From NCBI GenBank assembly GCA_043228905.1, contig JBHGNT010000125.1:8953-72952 (forward strand): a stretch of 64,000 nucleotides of DNA. Reading direction: 5' to 3'. Numbering within the stretch: the stretch's first letter is position 1; every line of letters starts with the position of its first letter. This stretch comes from Azolla caroliniana. Its lineage: Eukaryota; Plantae; Polypodiophyta. Made by a program: the position numbers and the translations under genes. Under the pieces are notes generated by a model. It was not told the DNA's origin and ran no database searches. It saw nothing but the letters and a program-made list of their open reading frames with translations. Shown piece by piece: positions 13,501 to 27,900 of this stretch.

Positions 13501-16500
13501 TTGAACACCAAAATCGGATATCACACGGGCCAGGTATGAACATTTTAATTTTATCACGCGCTGTTCTCAACTCCCTCCTCAAATTTGGTAATTTCGTCAT
13601 GTCTCCCGAACTGAGTTTCAAAATCTTGATTTTCTAATTCCATATAATAGGTAACGTTGTTAGCTTCGATTCGCATATTTGAACACAGAAATCGGATATC
13701 ACACGAGCCAGGTATGAACATTTAAATTTACGCACGCGCTCTTCTCAACTCCCTCCTCAAATTTGGTAATTTCCTCATGTCTCTTGACCTGAGTGTCAAA
13801 ATTTGGATTTTTTAATTCCATATCATAGCTAGCGTTGTTAGCTTCGATTCGAATGTTTGAACACAAAAATCCGATATCACACGGCCCAGGTATGAACATT
13901 TTCACTTACTCACGCGCTATTCTCAACTCCCTGCTCAAATTTGGTAATTTCGTCATGTCTCTCGACCTGAATTTCAAAATTTGGATTTTGTAATTTCATA
14001 TGATAGCTAGCGTTGTTAACTTCGATTCGCATGTTTGAACACCAAAATCCGATATCGAATGGGCCAAGTATGAACATTTTAATTTACTCACGGCTTCTTC
14101 TCAACTCCCTCCTCGAATTTACTAATTTCTTCATGTCTCTCGACCTGAGTTTTAAAATCTTGATTTTTAAATTCCATATCATAGGTAACGTTGTTAGCTT
14201 CGATTCGAATGTTTGAACACAAAAATCCGATATCACAAGGGCCAGGTATGAACATTTTAACATACTCACGCGCTCTTCTCAACTCCCTCCTCTAATTTGG
14301 TAATTTCGTCATGTCTCTCGAACTGAGTTTCAAAATCTTGATTTTTTAATTCCATATCATAGGTAACGTTGTTAGCTTCGATTCGCATTTTTGAACACAA
14401 AAATCCGATATCACACGAGCCAGGTATGAACATTTAAATTTACGCACGCGCTCTTCTCAACTCCCTCCTCAAATTTGGTAATTTCGTCATGTCTTTCGAC
14501 CTGAGTTTCAAAATCTGGATTTTGTAATTCCATATCATAACTAGCGTTGTTAGCTTCGATTCGCATGTTTGAACACCAAAATCGGATATCACACGGGCCA
14601 GGTATGAACATTTTAATTTTATCACACGCTGTTCTCAACTCCCTCCTCAAATTTGGTAATTTCGTCATGTCTCCCGAACTGAGTTTCAAAATCTTGATTT
14701 TTAAATTCCATATCATAGGTAACGTTGTTAGCTTCGATTTGAATGTTTGAACACAAAAATCCGATATCACAAGGGCCAGGTATGAATATTTTAACATACT
14801 CACGCGCTCTTCTCAACTCCCTCCTCTAATTTGGTAATTTCGTCATGTCTCTCGAACTGAGTTTCAAAATCTTGATTTTTTAATTCCATATCATAGGTAG
14901 CGTTGTTAGCTTCGATTCGCAAGTTTGAACACAAAAATCCGATATCACACGGGCCAGGTATGAACATTTAAATTTACTCACGCGCTATTCTCAACTCCCT
15001 CCTCAAATTTGGTAATTTCGTCATGTTTCTCGACCTAAATTTCAAAATTTGGATTTTGTAATTCCATATGATAGCTAGCGTTGTTAACTTCGATTCGCAT
15101 GTTTGAACACCAAAATCCGATATCGAATGGGCCAGGTATGAACATTTTAATTTACTCACGCCTTCTTCTCAACTCCCTCATCGAATTTACTAATTTACTT
15201 CATGTCTCTCGACCTGAGTTCCAAAATCTTAATTTTTTAATTCCATATCATCGGTAACGTCGTTAGATTCGATTCGAATGTTTGAACACAAAAATCGGAT
15301 ATCACAAGGGCCAGGTATGAACATTTTAACATACTCACGCGCTCTTCTCAACTCCCTCCTCTAATTTGGTAATTTCGTCATGTCTCTCGAACTGAGTTTC
15401 AAAATCTTGATTTTCTAATTCCATATCATAAGTAACATTGTTAGCTTCGATTCGAATGTTTGAACACAGAAATCGGATATCACACGGGCCAGGTATGAAC
15501 ATTTTAACTTACTTACGCGCTATTCTCAACTCCCTCCTCAAATTTGGTAATTTCGTCATGTCTCTCGACCTGGGTTTCGAAATCTGGATTTTTTAATTCC
15601 ATATCATAGGTAGCGTTGTTAGCTTCGATTCGCATGTTTGAACACCAAAATCGGATATCACACGGGCCAGGTATGAACATTTTAATTTTATCACGCGCTG
15701 TTCTCAACTCCCTCCTCAAATTTGGTAATTTCGTCATGTCTCCCGAACTGAGTTTCAAAATCTTGATTTTCTAATTCCATATAATAGGTAACGTTGTTAG
15801 CTTCGATTCGCATATTTGAACACAGAAATCCGATATCACACGAGCCAGGTATGAACATTTAAATTTACGCACACGCTCTTCTCAACTCCCTCCTCAAATT
15901 TGGTAATTTCGTCATGTCTCTCGACCTGAGTGTCAAAATCTAGATTTTTTAATTCCATATCATAGCTAGCGTTGTTAGCTTCGATTCGAATGTTTGAACA
16001 CAAAAATCCGATATCACACGGCCCAGGTATGAACATTTTCACTTACTCACGCGCTATTCTCAACTCCCTGCTCAAATTTGGTAATTTCGTCATGTCTCTC
16101 GACCTGAATTTCAAAATTTGGATTTTGTAATTCAATATGATAGCTAGCGTTGTTAACTTCGATTCGCATGTTTGAACACCAAAATCCGATATCGAATGGG
16201 CCAGGTATGAACATTTTAATTTACTCACGCCTTCTTCTCAACTCCCTCCTCGAATTTACTAATTACTTCATGTGTCTCGACCTGAGTTTCAAAATCTTGA
16301 TTTTTTAATTCCATATCATCGGTAACGTCGTTAGATTCGATTCGAATGTTTGAACACAAAAATCCGATATCACACAGGCCAGGTATGAACATTTTAATTT
16401 TATCACGCGCTGTTCTCAACTCCCTCCTCAAATTTGGTAATTTCGTCATGTCTCTCGAACTGAGTTTCAAAATCTTGATTTTTTTATTCCATATCATACG

Positions 16501-18930
16501 TAACGTTGTTAGCTTCGATTCACATGTTTGAAAACCAAAATCCGATATCACACGGGCCAGGTATGAACATTTTAACTTACTCACGCGCTCTTCTCAACTC
16601 CCTCCTCTAATTTGGTAATTTCGTCATGTTTCTCGACCTGAGTTTCAAAATCTGGATTTTGTAATTCCATATCATAACTAGCGTTGTTAGCTTCGATTCG
16701 CCTGTTTGAACACCAAAATCGGATATCACACGGGCCAGGTATGAACATTTTAATTTTATCACACGCTGTTCTCAACTCCCTCCTCAAATTTGGTAATTTC
16801 GTCATGTCTCCCGAACTGAGTTTCAAAATCTTGATTTTTAAATTCCATATCATAGGTAACGTTGTTAGCTTCGATTTGAATGTTTGAACACAAAAATCCG
16901 ATATCACAAGGGCCAGGTATGAATATTTTAACATACTCACGCGCTCTTCTCAACTCCCTCCTCTAATTTGGTAATTTCGTCATGTCTCTCGAACTGAGTT
17001 TCAAAATCTTGATTTTTTAATTCCATATCATAGGTAGCGTTGTTAGCTTCGATTCGCAAGTTTGAACACAAAAATCCGATATCACACGGGCCAGGTATGA
17101 ACATTTAAATTTACTCACGCGCTATTCTCAACTCCCTCCTCAAATTTGGTAATTTCGTCATGTTTCTCGACCTAAATTTCAAAATTTGGATTTTGTAATT
17201 CCATATGATAGCTAGCGTTGTTAACTTCGATTCGCATGTTTGAACACCAAAATCCGATATCGAATGGGCCAGGTATGAACATTTTAATTTACTCACGCCT
17301 TCTTCTCAACTCCCTCATCGAATTTACTAATTTCTTCATGTCTCTCGACCTAAGTTTCAAAATCTTGATTTTTAAATTCCATATCATAGGTAACGTTGTT
17401 AGCTTCGATTCGTATGTTTCAACACAAAAATCTGATATCACACTGGCTAGGTATGAACATTTTAATTTACTCACGCGCTATTGTCAACTCCCTCCTCAAA
17501 TTTCGTAATTTCGTCATGTTTCTCGACCTGAGTTTCAAAATCTGGATTTTGTAATTCCATATCATAACTAGCGTTGTTAGCTTCGATTCGCATGTTTGAA
17601 CACCAAAATCGGATATCACACGGGCCAGGTATGAACATTTTAATTTTATCACGCGCTGTTCTCAACTCCCTCCTCAAATTTGGTAATTTCGTCATGTCTC
17701 TCGACCTGAGTTTCAAAATCTTGATTTTTAAATTCCATATGATAGGTAACGTTGTTAGCTTCGATTCGAATGTTTGAACACAAAAATCTGATATCACACT
17801 GGCTAGGTATGAACATTGTAATTTACTCACGCGCTATTGTCAACTCCCTCCTCAAATTTCGTAATTTCGTCATGTTTCTCGACCTGAGTTTCAAAATCTG
17901 GATTTTATAATTCCATATCATAACTAGCGTTGTTAGCTTCGATTCGCATGTTTGAACACCAAAATCGGATATCACACGGGCCAGGTATGAACATTTTAAT
18001 TTTATCACGCGCTGTTCTCAACTCCCTCCTCAAATTTGGTAATTTCGTCATGTCTCCCGAACTGAGTTTCAAAATCTTGATTTTCTAATTCCATATAATA
18101 GGTAACGTTGTTAGCTTCGATTCGCATATTTGAACACAGAAATCGGATATCACACGAGCCAGGTATGAACATTTAAATTTACGCACGCGCTCTTCTCAAC
18201 TCCCTCCTCAAATTTGGTAATTTCCTCATGTCTCTTGACCTGAGTGTCAAAATTTGGATTTTTTAATTCCATATCATAGCTAGCGTTGTTAGCTTCGATT
18301 CGAATGTTTGAACACAAAAATCCGATATCACACGGCCCAGGTATGAACATTTTCACTTACTCACGCGCTATTCTCAACTCCCTGCTCAAATTTGGTAATT
18401 TCGTCATGTCTCTCGACCTGAATTTCAAAATTTGGATTTTGTAATTTCATATGATAGCTAGCGTTGTTAACTTCGATTCGCATGTTTGAACACCAAAATC
18501 CGATATCGAATGGGCCAAGTATGAACATTTTAATTTACTCACGGCTTCTTCTCAACTCCCTCCTCGAATTTACTAATTTCTTCATGTCTCTCGACCTGAG
18601 TTTTAAAATCTTGATTTTTAAATTCCATATCATAGGTAACGTTGTTAGCTTCGATTCGAATGTTTGAACACAAAAATCCGATATCACAAGGGCCAGGTAT
18701 GAACATTTTAACATACTCACGCGCTCTTCTCAACTCCCTCCTCTAATTTGGTAATTTCGTCATGTCTCTCGAACTGAGTTTCAAAATCTTGATTTTTTAA
18801 TTCCATATCATAGGTAACGTTGTTAGCTTCGATTCGCATTTTTGAACACAAAAATCCGATATCACACGAGCCAGGTATGAACATTTAAATTTACGCACGC
18901 GCTCTTCTCAACTCCCTCCTCAAATTTGGT
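10565..18930 (-). repeat. Block duplication with a period of 4629, then 4451 bp (26, then 25 monomers, +1 bp)
   Basis: Offsets 11385/15836, 12660/17111 and 14084/18535 are 4451; 10571/15200 is 4629. Boundaries are approximate. Confidence 0.85.
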
Positions 18931-19789
18931 AATTTCGTCATGTCTCTCGACCTGAGTATCAAAATCTGGATTTTTTAATTCCATATCATAGGTAGCGTTG
19001 TTAGCTTCGATTCGAATGTTTGACCACAAAAATCCGAGATAACACGGTCCACGTATCAACATTTTAACTTACTCACGCGCTGTTTTCAACTCCCTCCTCA
19101 AATTTGGTAATTTCGTCATGTCTCGCGAACTGAGTTTCAAAATCTTGATTTTCTAATCCCATATCATAGATATCGAATGGGCCAGGTATGAACATTTTAA
19201 TTTACTCACGCCTTCTTCTCAACTCTCTCCTCAAATTTGGTAATTTCGTGATGTCTCTCGATCTGGATTTTTTAATTCCATATCATAGGTAATGTTGTTA
19301 GCTTCGATTCGAATATTTGAACACAAAAATCCGATATCACACGAGCCAGGTATGAACATTTAAATTTACGCACGCGCTCTTCTCAACTCCCTCCTCAAAT
19401 TTGGTAATTTCGTCATGTCTCTCGACCTGAGTGTCAAAATCTGGATTTTTTAATTCCATATCATAGCTAGCGTTGTTAGCTTCGATTCGCATGTTTGAAC
19501 ACAAAAATCGGATATCACACGGTCCAGGTATGAACATTTTAACTTACTCACGCGCTCATCTCAACTCCCTCCTCAAATTTGATAATTTCGTCATGTCTCC
19601 CGAACTGAGTTTCAAAATCTTGATTTTCTAATTCCATATAATAGGTAACGTTGTTAGCTTCGATTCGCATGTTTGAATACAAAAATCCGATATCACACGA
19701 GCCAAGTATGAACATTTAAATTTACTCACGCGCTATTCTCAACTCCCTCCTTAAATTTGGTAATTTCGTCATGTCTCTTGACCTGAGTG

Positions 19790-21925
19790 TCAAAATCTGG
19801 ATTTTGTAATTCCATATCATAGCTAGCGTTGTTAGCTTCGATTCGCATGTTTGAACACCAAAATCCGATATCGAATGGGCCAGGTATGAACATTTTAATT
19901 TACTCACGCCTTCTTCTCAACTCCCTCATCGAATTTACTAATTTCTTCATGTCTGTCGACCTGAGTTTTAAAATCTTGATTTTTAAATTCCATATCATAG
20001 GTAACGTTGTTAGCTTCGATTCGATTGTTTGAACACAAAAATCCGATATCACAAGGGCCAGGTATGAACATTTTAACATACTCACGCGCTCTTCTAAACT
20101 CCCTCCTCCAATTTGGTAATTTCGTCATGTCTCTCGAACTGAGTTTCAAAATCTTGATTTTTTAATTCCATATCATAACTAGCGTTGTTAGCTTCGATTC
20201 GCATGTTTGAACACCAAAATCCGATATCACACGGGCCAAGTATGAACATTTTAACTTACGCACGCGCTCTTCTCAACTCCCTCCTCAAATTTGGTAATTT
20301 CGTCATGTTTCTTGAACTCAGTTTCAAAATCTTGATTTTTTAATTCCATATCATACGTAACGTTGTTAGCTTCGATTCACATGTTTGAACACCAAAATCC
20401 GATATCACACGGGCCAGGTATGAACATTTTAACTTACGCACGCGCTCTTCTCAACTCCCTCCTCAAATTTGGTAATTTCGTCATGTCTCTCGACCTGGGT
20501 TTCAAAATCTTGATTTTGTAATTCCATAGCATAGGTAACGTTGTTATCTTCGATTCAAATGTTTGTCCACAAAAATCCGAGATCACACGGTCCAGGTATC
20601 AACATTTTAACTTACTCACGCGCTGTTCTCAACTCCCTCCTCAAATTTGGTAATTTCGTCATGTCTCTCGACCTGAGTGTCAAAATCTAGATTTTTTAAT
20701 TCCATATCATAGCTAGCGTTGTTAGCTTCGATTCGAATGTTTGAACACAAAAATCCGATATCACACGGCCCAGGTATGAACATTTTCACTTACTCACGCG
20801 CTATTCTCAACTCCCTCCTGAAATTTGGTAATTTCGTCATGTCGCTTGACCTGGGTTTCAAAATCTGGATTTTGTAATTCCATATCATAGCTAGCGTTGT
20901 TAGCTTCGATTCGCATGTTTGAACACCAAAATCCGATATCGAATGGGCCAGGTATGAACATTTTAATTTACTCACGCCTTCTTCTCAACTCCCTCATCGA
21001 ATTTACTAATTTCTTCATGTCTGTCGACCTGAGTTTTAAAATCTTGATTTTTAAATTCCATATCATAGGTAACGTTGTTAGCTTCGATTCGATTGTTTGA
21101 ACACAAAAATCCGATATCACAAGGGCCAGGTATGAACATTTTAACATACTCACGCGCTCTTCTAAACTCCCTCCTCCAATTTGGTAATTTCGTCATGTCT
21201 CTCGAACTGAGTTTCAAAATCTTGATTTTTTAATTCCATATCATAACTAGCGTTGTTAGCTTCGATTCGCATGTTTGAACACCAAAATCCGATATCACAC
21301 GGGCCAAGTATGAACATTTTAACTTACGCACGCGCTCTTCTCAACTCCCTCCTCAAATTTGGTAATTTCGTCATGTTTCTTGAACTCAGTTTCAAAATCT
21401 TGATTTTTTAATTCCATATCATACGTAACGTTGTTAGCTTCGATTCACATGTTTGAACACCAAAATCCGATATCACACGGGCCAGGTATGAACATTTTAA
21501 CTTACGCACGCGCTCTTTTCAACTCCCTCCTCAAATTTGGTAATTTCGTCATGTCTCTCGACCTGGGTTTCAAAATCTTGATTTTGTAATTCCATAGCAT
21601 AGGTAACGTTGTTATCTTCGATTCAAATGTTTGTCCACAAAAATCCGAGATCACACGGTCCAGGTATCAACATTTTAACTTACTCACGCGCTGTTCTCAA
21701 CTCCCTCCTCAAATTTGGTAATTTCGTCATGTCTCTCGACCTGAGTGTCAAAATCTAGATTTTTTAATTCCATATCATAGCTAGCGTTGTTAGCTTCGAT
21801 TCGAATGTTTGAACACAAAAATCCGATATCACACGGCCCAGGTATGAACATTTTCACTTACTCACGCGCTATTCTCAACTCCCTCCTGAAATTTGGTAAT
21901 TTCGTCATGTCGCTTGACCTGGGTT
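19790..21925 (-). repeat. 1068-bp (6-monomer) tandem duplication
   Basis: Offsets 19829/20897 and 19900/20968 are 1068. Both copies share the TCGATTGTTT and TCTAAACTCCCTCCTCCAA variants. Confidence 0.88.
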
Positions 21926-24900
21926 TCAAAATCTGGATTTTGTAATTCGATATCATAGCTAGCGTTGTTAGCTTCGATTCGTATGTTTGAACACTAAAAT
22001 CCGATTTCGAATGGGCCAGGTATGAACATTTTAATTTACTCACGCCTTCTTCTCAACTCCCGGCTCGAATTTACTAATTTCTTCATGTCTCTCGACCTAA
22101 GTTTCAAAATCTTGATTTTTAAATTCCATATCATACGTAGCGTTGTTAGCTTCGATTCGCATGTTTGAACACAAAAATCTGATATCACACTGGCTAGGTA
22201 TGAACATTTTAATTTACTCACGCGCTATTGTCAACTCCCTCCTCAAATTTCGTAATTTCGTCATGTTTCTCGACCTGAGTTTCAAAATCTGGATTTTGTA
22301 ATTCCATATCATAACTAGCGTTGTTAGCTTCGATTCGCATGTTTGAACACCAAAATCCGATATCACACGGGCCAGGTATGAACATTTTAACTTACTCACG
22401 CGCTATTCTCAACTCCCTCCTCAAATTTGGTAATTTTGTCATGTCTCCCGAACTGAGTTTCAAAATCTTGATTTTCTAATTCCATATAATAGGTAACGTT
22501 GTTAGCTTCGATTCGCATATTTGAACACAAAAATCCGATATCACACGAGCCAGGTATGAACATTTAAATTTACGCACGCGCTCTTCTCAACTCCCTCCTC
22601 AAATTTGGTAATTTCGTCATGTCTCTCGACCTGAGTATCAAAATCTGGATTTTTTAATTCCATATCATAGGTAGCGTTGTTAGCTTCGATTCGAATGTTT
22701 GAACACAAAAATCCGATATCACACGGCCCAGGTATGAACATTTTCACTTACTCACGCGCTATTCTCAACTCCCTCCTCCAATTTGGTAATTTCGTCATGT
22801 CTCTCGAACTGAGTTTCAAAATCTTGATTTTTTAATTCCATATCATAACTAGCGTTGTTAGCTTCGATTCGCATGTTTGAACACCAAAATCCGATATCAC
22901 ACGGGCCAAGTATGAACATTTTAACTTACGCACGCGCTCTTCTCAACTCCCTCCTCAAATTTGGTAATTTCGTCATGTCTCTCGACCTGGGTTTCAAAAT
23001 CTTGATTTTGTAATTCCATAGCATAGGTAACGTTGTTATCTTCGATTCAAATGTTTGTCCACAAAAATCCGAGATCACACGGTCCAGGTATCAACATTTT
23101 AACTTACTCACGCGCTGTTCTCAACTCCCTCCTCAAATTTGGTAATTTCGTCATGTCTCTCGACCTGAGTGTCAAAATCTAGATTTTTTAATTCCATATC
23201 ATAGCTAGCGTTGTTAGCTTCGATTCGAATGTTTGAACACAAAAATCCGATATCACACGGCCCAGGTATGAACATTTTCACTTACTCACGCGCTATTCTC
23301 AACTCCCTCCTGAAATTTGGTAATTTCGTCATGTCGCTTGACCTGGGTTTCAAAATCTGGATTTTGTAATTCGATATCATAGCTAGCGTTGTTAGCTTCG
23401 ATTCGTATGTTTGAACACTAAAATCCGATTTCGAATGGGCCAGGTATGAACATTTTAATTTACTCACGCCTTCTTCCCAACTCCCGGCTCGAATTTACTA
23501 ATTTCTTCATGTCTCTCGACCTAAGTTTCAAAATCTTGATTTTTAAATTCCATATCATAGGTATGAACATTTTCACTTACTCACGCGCTATTCTCAACTC
23601 CCTCCTGAAATTTGGTAATTTCGTCATGTCGCTTGACCTGGGTCTCAAAATCTGGATTTTGTAATTCCATATCATAGCTAGCGTTGTTAACTTCGATTCG
23701 CATGTTTGAACACCAAAATCCGATATCGAATGGGCCAGGTATGAACATTTTAATTTACTCACGCCTTCTTCTCAACTCCCTCCTCGAATTTACTAATTAC
23801 TTCATGTCTCTCGACCTGAGTTCCAAAATCTTAATTTTTTAATTCCATATCATCGGTAACGTCGTTAGATTCGATTCGAATGTTTGAACACAAAAATCGG
23901 ATATCACACGGTCCAGGTATGAACATTTTAACATACGCACGCGCTCTTCTCAACTCCCTCCTCCAATTTGGTAATTTCGTCATGTCTCTCGACCTGGGTT
24001 TCAAAATCTTGATTTTGCAATTCCATATCATAGGCAACGTTGTTAGCTTCGATTCGAATGTTTGACCACAAAAATCCGAGATAACACGGTCCAGGTATCA
24101 ACATTTTAACTTACTCACGCGCTGTTTTCAACTCCCTCCTCAAATTTGGTAATTTCGTCATGTCTCGCGAACTGAGTTTCAAAATCTTGATTTTCTAATC
24201 CCATATCATAGATATCGAATGGGCCAGGTATGAACATTTTAATTTACTCACGCCTTCTTCTCAACTCTCTCCTCAAATTTGGTAATTTCGTGATGTCTCT
24301 CGATCTGGATTTTTTAATTCCATATCATAGGTAATGTTGTTAGCTTCGATTCGAATATTTGAACACAAAAATCCGATATCACACGAGCCAGGTATGAACA
24401 TTTAAATTTACGCACGCGCTCTTCTCAACTCCCTCCTCAAATTTGGTAATTTCGTCATGTCTCTCGACCTGAGTGTCAAAATCTGGATTTTTTAATTCCA
24501 TATCATAGCTAGCGTTGTTAGCTTCGATTCGCATGTTTGAACACAAAAATCGGATATCACACGGTCCAGGTATGAACATTTTAACTTACTCACGCGCTCA
24601 TCTCAACTCCCTCCTCAAATTTGATAATTTCGTCATGTCTCCCGAACTGAGTTTCAAAATCTTGATTTTCTAATTCCATATAATAGGTAACGTTGTTAGC
24701 TTCGATTCGCATGTTTGAATACAAAAATCCGATATCACACGAGCCAAGTATGAACATTTAAATTTACTCACGCGCTATTCTCAACTCCCTCCTTAAATTT
24801 GGTAATTTCGTCATGTCTCTTGACCTGAGTGTCAAAATCTGGATTTTGTAATTCCATATCATAGCTAGCGTTGTTAGCTTCGATTCGCATGTTTGAACAC

Positions 24901-27900
24901 CAAAATCCGATATCGAATGGGCCAGGTATGAACATTTTAATTTACTCACGCCTTCTTCTCAACTCCCTCATCGAATTTACTAATTTCTTCATGTCTGTCG
25001 ACCTGAGTTTTAAAATCTTGATTTTTAAATTCCATATCATAGGTAACGTTGTTAGCTTCGATTCGATTGTTTGAACACAAAAATCCGATATCACAAGGGC
25101 CAGGTATGAACATTTTAACATACTCACGCGCTCTATATTATAGGTAGCGTTGTTAGCTTCGATTCGAATGTTTGAACACAAAAACCCGATATCACACGAG
25201 CCAGGAATGAACATTTTAACATACTGACGTGCGCTTCTCAACTCCCTCCTCAAATTTGGTAATTTTGTCATGTCTCTCGACCTGAGTTCCAAAATCTTAA
25301 TTTTTTAATTCCATATCATCGGTAACGTCGTTAGATTCGATTCAAATGTTTGAACACAAAAATCGGATATCACACGGGCCAGGTATGAACATTTTAACTT
25401 ACTCACGCACTCTTCTCAATTCCCTCCTCAAATTTGGTAATTTCGTCATGTCGCTTGACCTGGGTTTCAAAATCTGGATTTTGTAATTCCATATCATAGC
25501 TAGCGTTGTTAGCTTCGATTCGTATGTTTGAACACTAAAATCCGATATCGAATGGGCCAGGTATGAACATTTTAATTTAGTCACGCCTTCTTCTCAACTC
25601 CCGGCTCGAATTTACTAATTTCTTCATGTCTCTCGACCTAAGTTTCAAAATCTTGATTTTTAAATTCCATATCATAGGTAACGTAGTTAGCTTCGATTCG
25701 TATGTTTGAACACAAAAATCCGATATCACACGGGCCAGGTATGAACATTTTAACTTACTCACGCGCTCTTCTAAACTCCCTCCTCCAATTTGGTAATTTC
25801 GTCATGTCTCTCGAACTGAGTTTCAAAATCTTGATTTTTTAATTCCATATCATAACTAGCGTTGTTAGCTTCGATTCGCATGTTTGAACACCAAAATCCG
25901 ATATCACACGGGCCAAGTATGAACATTTTAACTTACGCACGCGCTCTTCTCAACTCCCTCCTCAAATTTGGTAATTTCGTCATGTTTCTTGAACTCAGTT
26001 TCAAAATCTTGATTTTTTAATTCCATATCATACGTAACGTTGTTAGCTTCGATTCACATGTTTGAACACCAAAATCCGATATCACACGGGCCAGGTATGA
26101 ACATTTTAACTTACGCACGCGCTCTTCTCAACTCCCTCCTCAAATTTGGTAATTTCGTCATGTCTCTCGACCTGGGTTTCAAAATCTTGATTTTGTAATT
26201 CCATAGCATAGGTAACGTTGTTATCTTCGATTCAAATGTTTGTCCACAAAAATCCGAGATCACACGGTCCAGGTATCAACATTTTAACTTACTCACGCGC
26301 TGTTCTCAACTCCCTCCTCAAATTTGGTAATTTCGTCATGTCTCTCGACCTGAGTGTCAAAATCTGGATTTTTTAATTCCATATCATAGCTAGCGTTGTT
26401 AGCTTCGATTCGAATGTTTGAACACAAAAATCCGATATCACACGGCCCAGGTATGAACATTTTCACTTACTCACGTGCTATTCTCAACTCCCTCCTGAAA
26501 TTTGGTAATTTCGTCATGTCGCTTGACCTGGGTTTCAAAATCTGGATTTTGTAATTCCATATCATAGCTAGCGTTGTTAGCTTCGATTCGTATGTTTGAA
26601 CACAAAAATCCGATTTCGAATGGGGCAGGTATGAACATTTTAATTTACTCACGCCTTCTTCTCAACTCCCGGCTCGAATTTACTAATTTCTTCATGTCTC
26701 TCGACCTAAGTTTCAAAATCTTGATTTTTAAATTCCATATCATAGGTAACGTTGTTAGCTTCGATTCGTATGTTTGAACACAAAAATCTGATATCACACT
26801 GGCTAGGTATGAACATTTTAATTTACTCACGCGCTATTGTCAACTCCCTCCTCAAATTTCGTAATTTCGTCATGTTTCTCGACCTGAGTTTCAAAATCTG
26901 GATTTTGTAATTCCATATCATAACTAGCGTTAGCTTCGATTCGCATGTTTGAACACCAAAATCGGATATCACACGGGCCAGGTAAGAACATTTTAATTTT
27001 ATCACGCGCTGTTCTCAACTCCCTCCTCAAATTTGGTAATTTCGTCATGTCTATCGAACTGAGTTTCAAAATTTTGATTTTTTAATTCCATATCATACGT
27101 AGCGTTGTTAGCTTCGATTCGCATGTTTGAACACAAAAATCTGATATCACACTGGCTAGGTATGAACATTTTAATTTACTCACGCGCTATTGTCAACTCC
27201 CTCCTCAAATTTCGTAATTTCGTCATGTTTCTCGACCTGAGTTTCAAAATCTGGATTTTGTAATTCCATATCATAACTAGCGTTGTTAGCTTCGATTCGC
27301 ATGTTTGAACACCAAAATCCGATATCACACGGGCCAGGTATGAACATTTTAACTTACTCACGCGCTATTCTCAACTCCCTCCTCAAATTTGGTAATTTTG
27401 TCATGTCTCCCGAACTGAGTTTCAAAATCTTGATTTTCTAATTCCATATAATAGGTAACGTTGTTAGCTTCGATTCGCATATTTGAACACAAAAATCCGA
27501 TATCACACGAGCCAGGTATGAACATTTAAATTTACGCACGCGCTCTTCTCAACTCCCTCCTCAAATTTGGTAATTTCGTCATGTCTCTCGACCTGAGTAT
27601 CAAAATCTGGATTTTTTAATTCCATATCATAGGTAGCGTTGTTAGCTTCGATTCGAATGTTTGAACACAAAAATCCGATATCACACGGCCCAGGTATGAA
27701 CATTTTCACTTACTCACGCGCTATTCTCAACTCCCTGCTCAAATTTGGTAATTTCGTCATGTCTCTCGACCTGAATTTCAAAATTTGGATTTTGTAATTC
27801 CATATGATAGCTAGCGTTGTTAGCTTCGATTCGCATGTTTGAACACCAAAATCCGATATCGAATGGGCCAGGTATGAACATTTTAATTTACTCACGCCTT

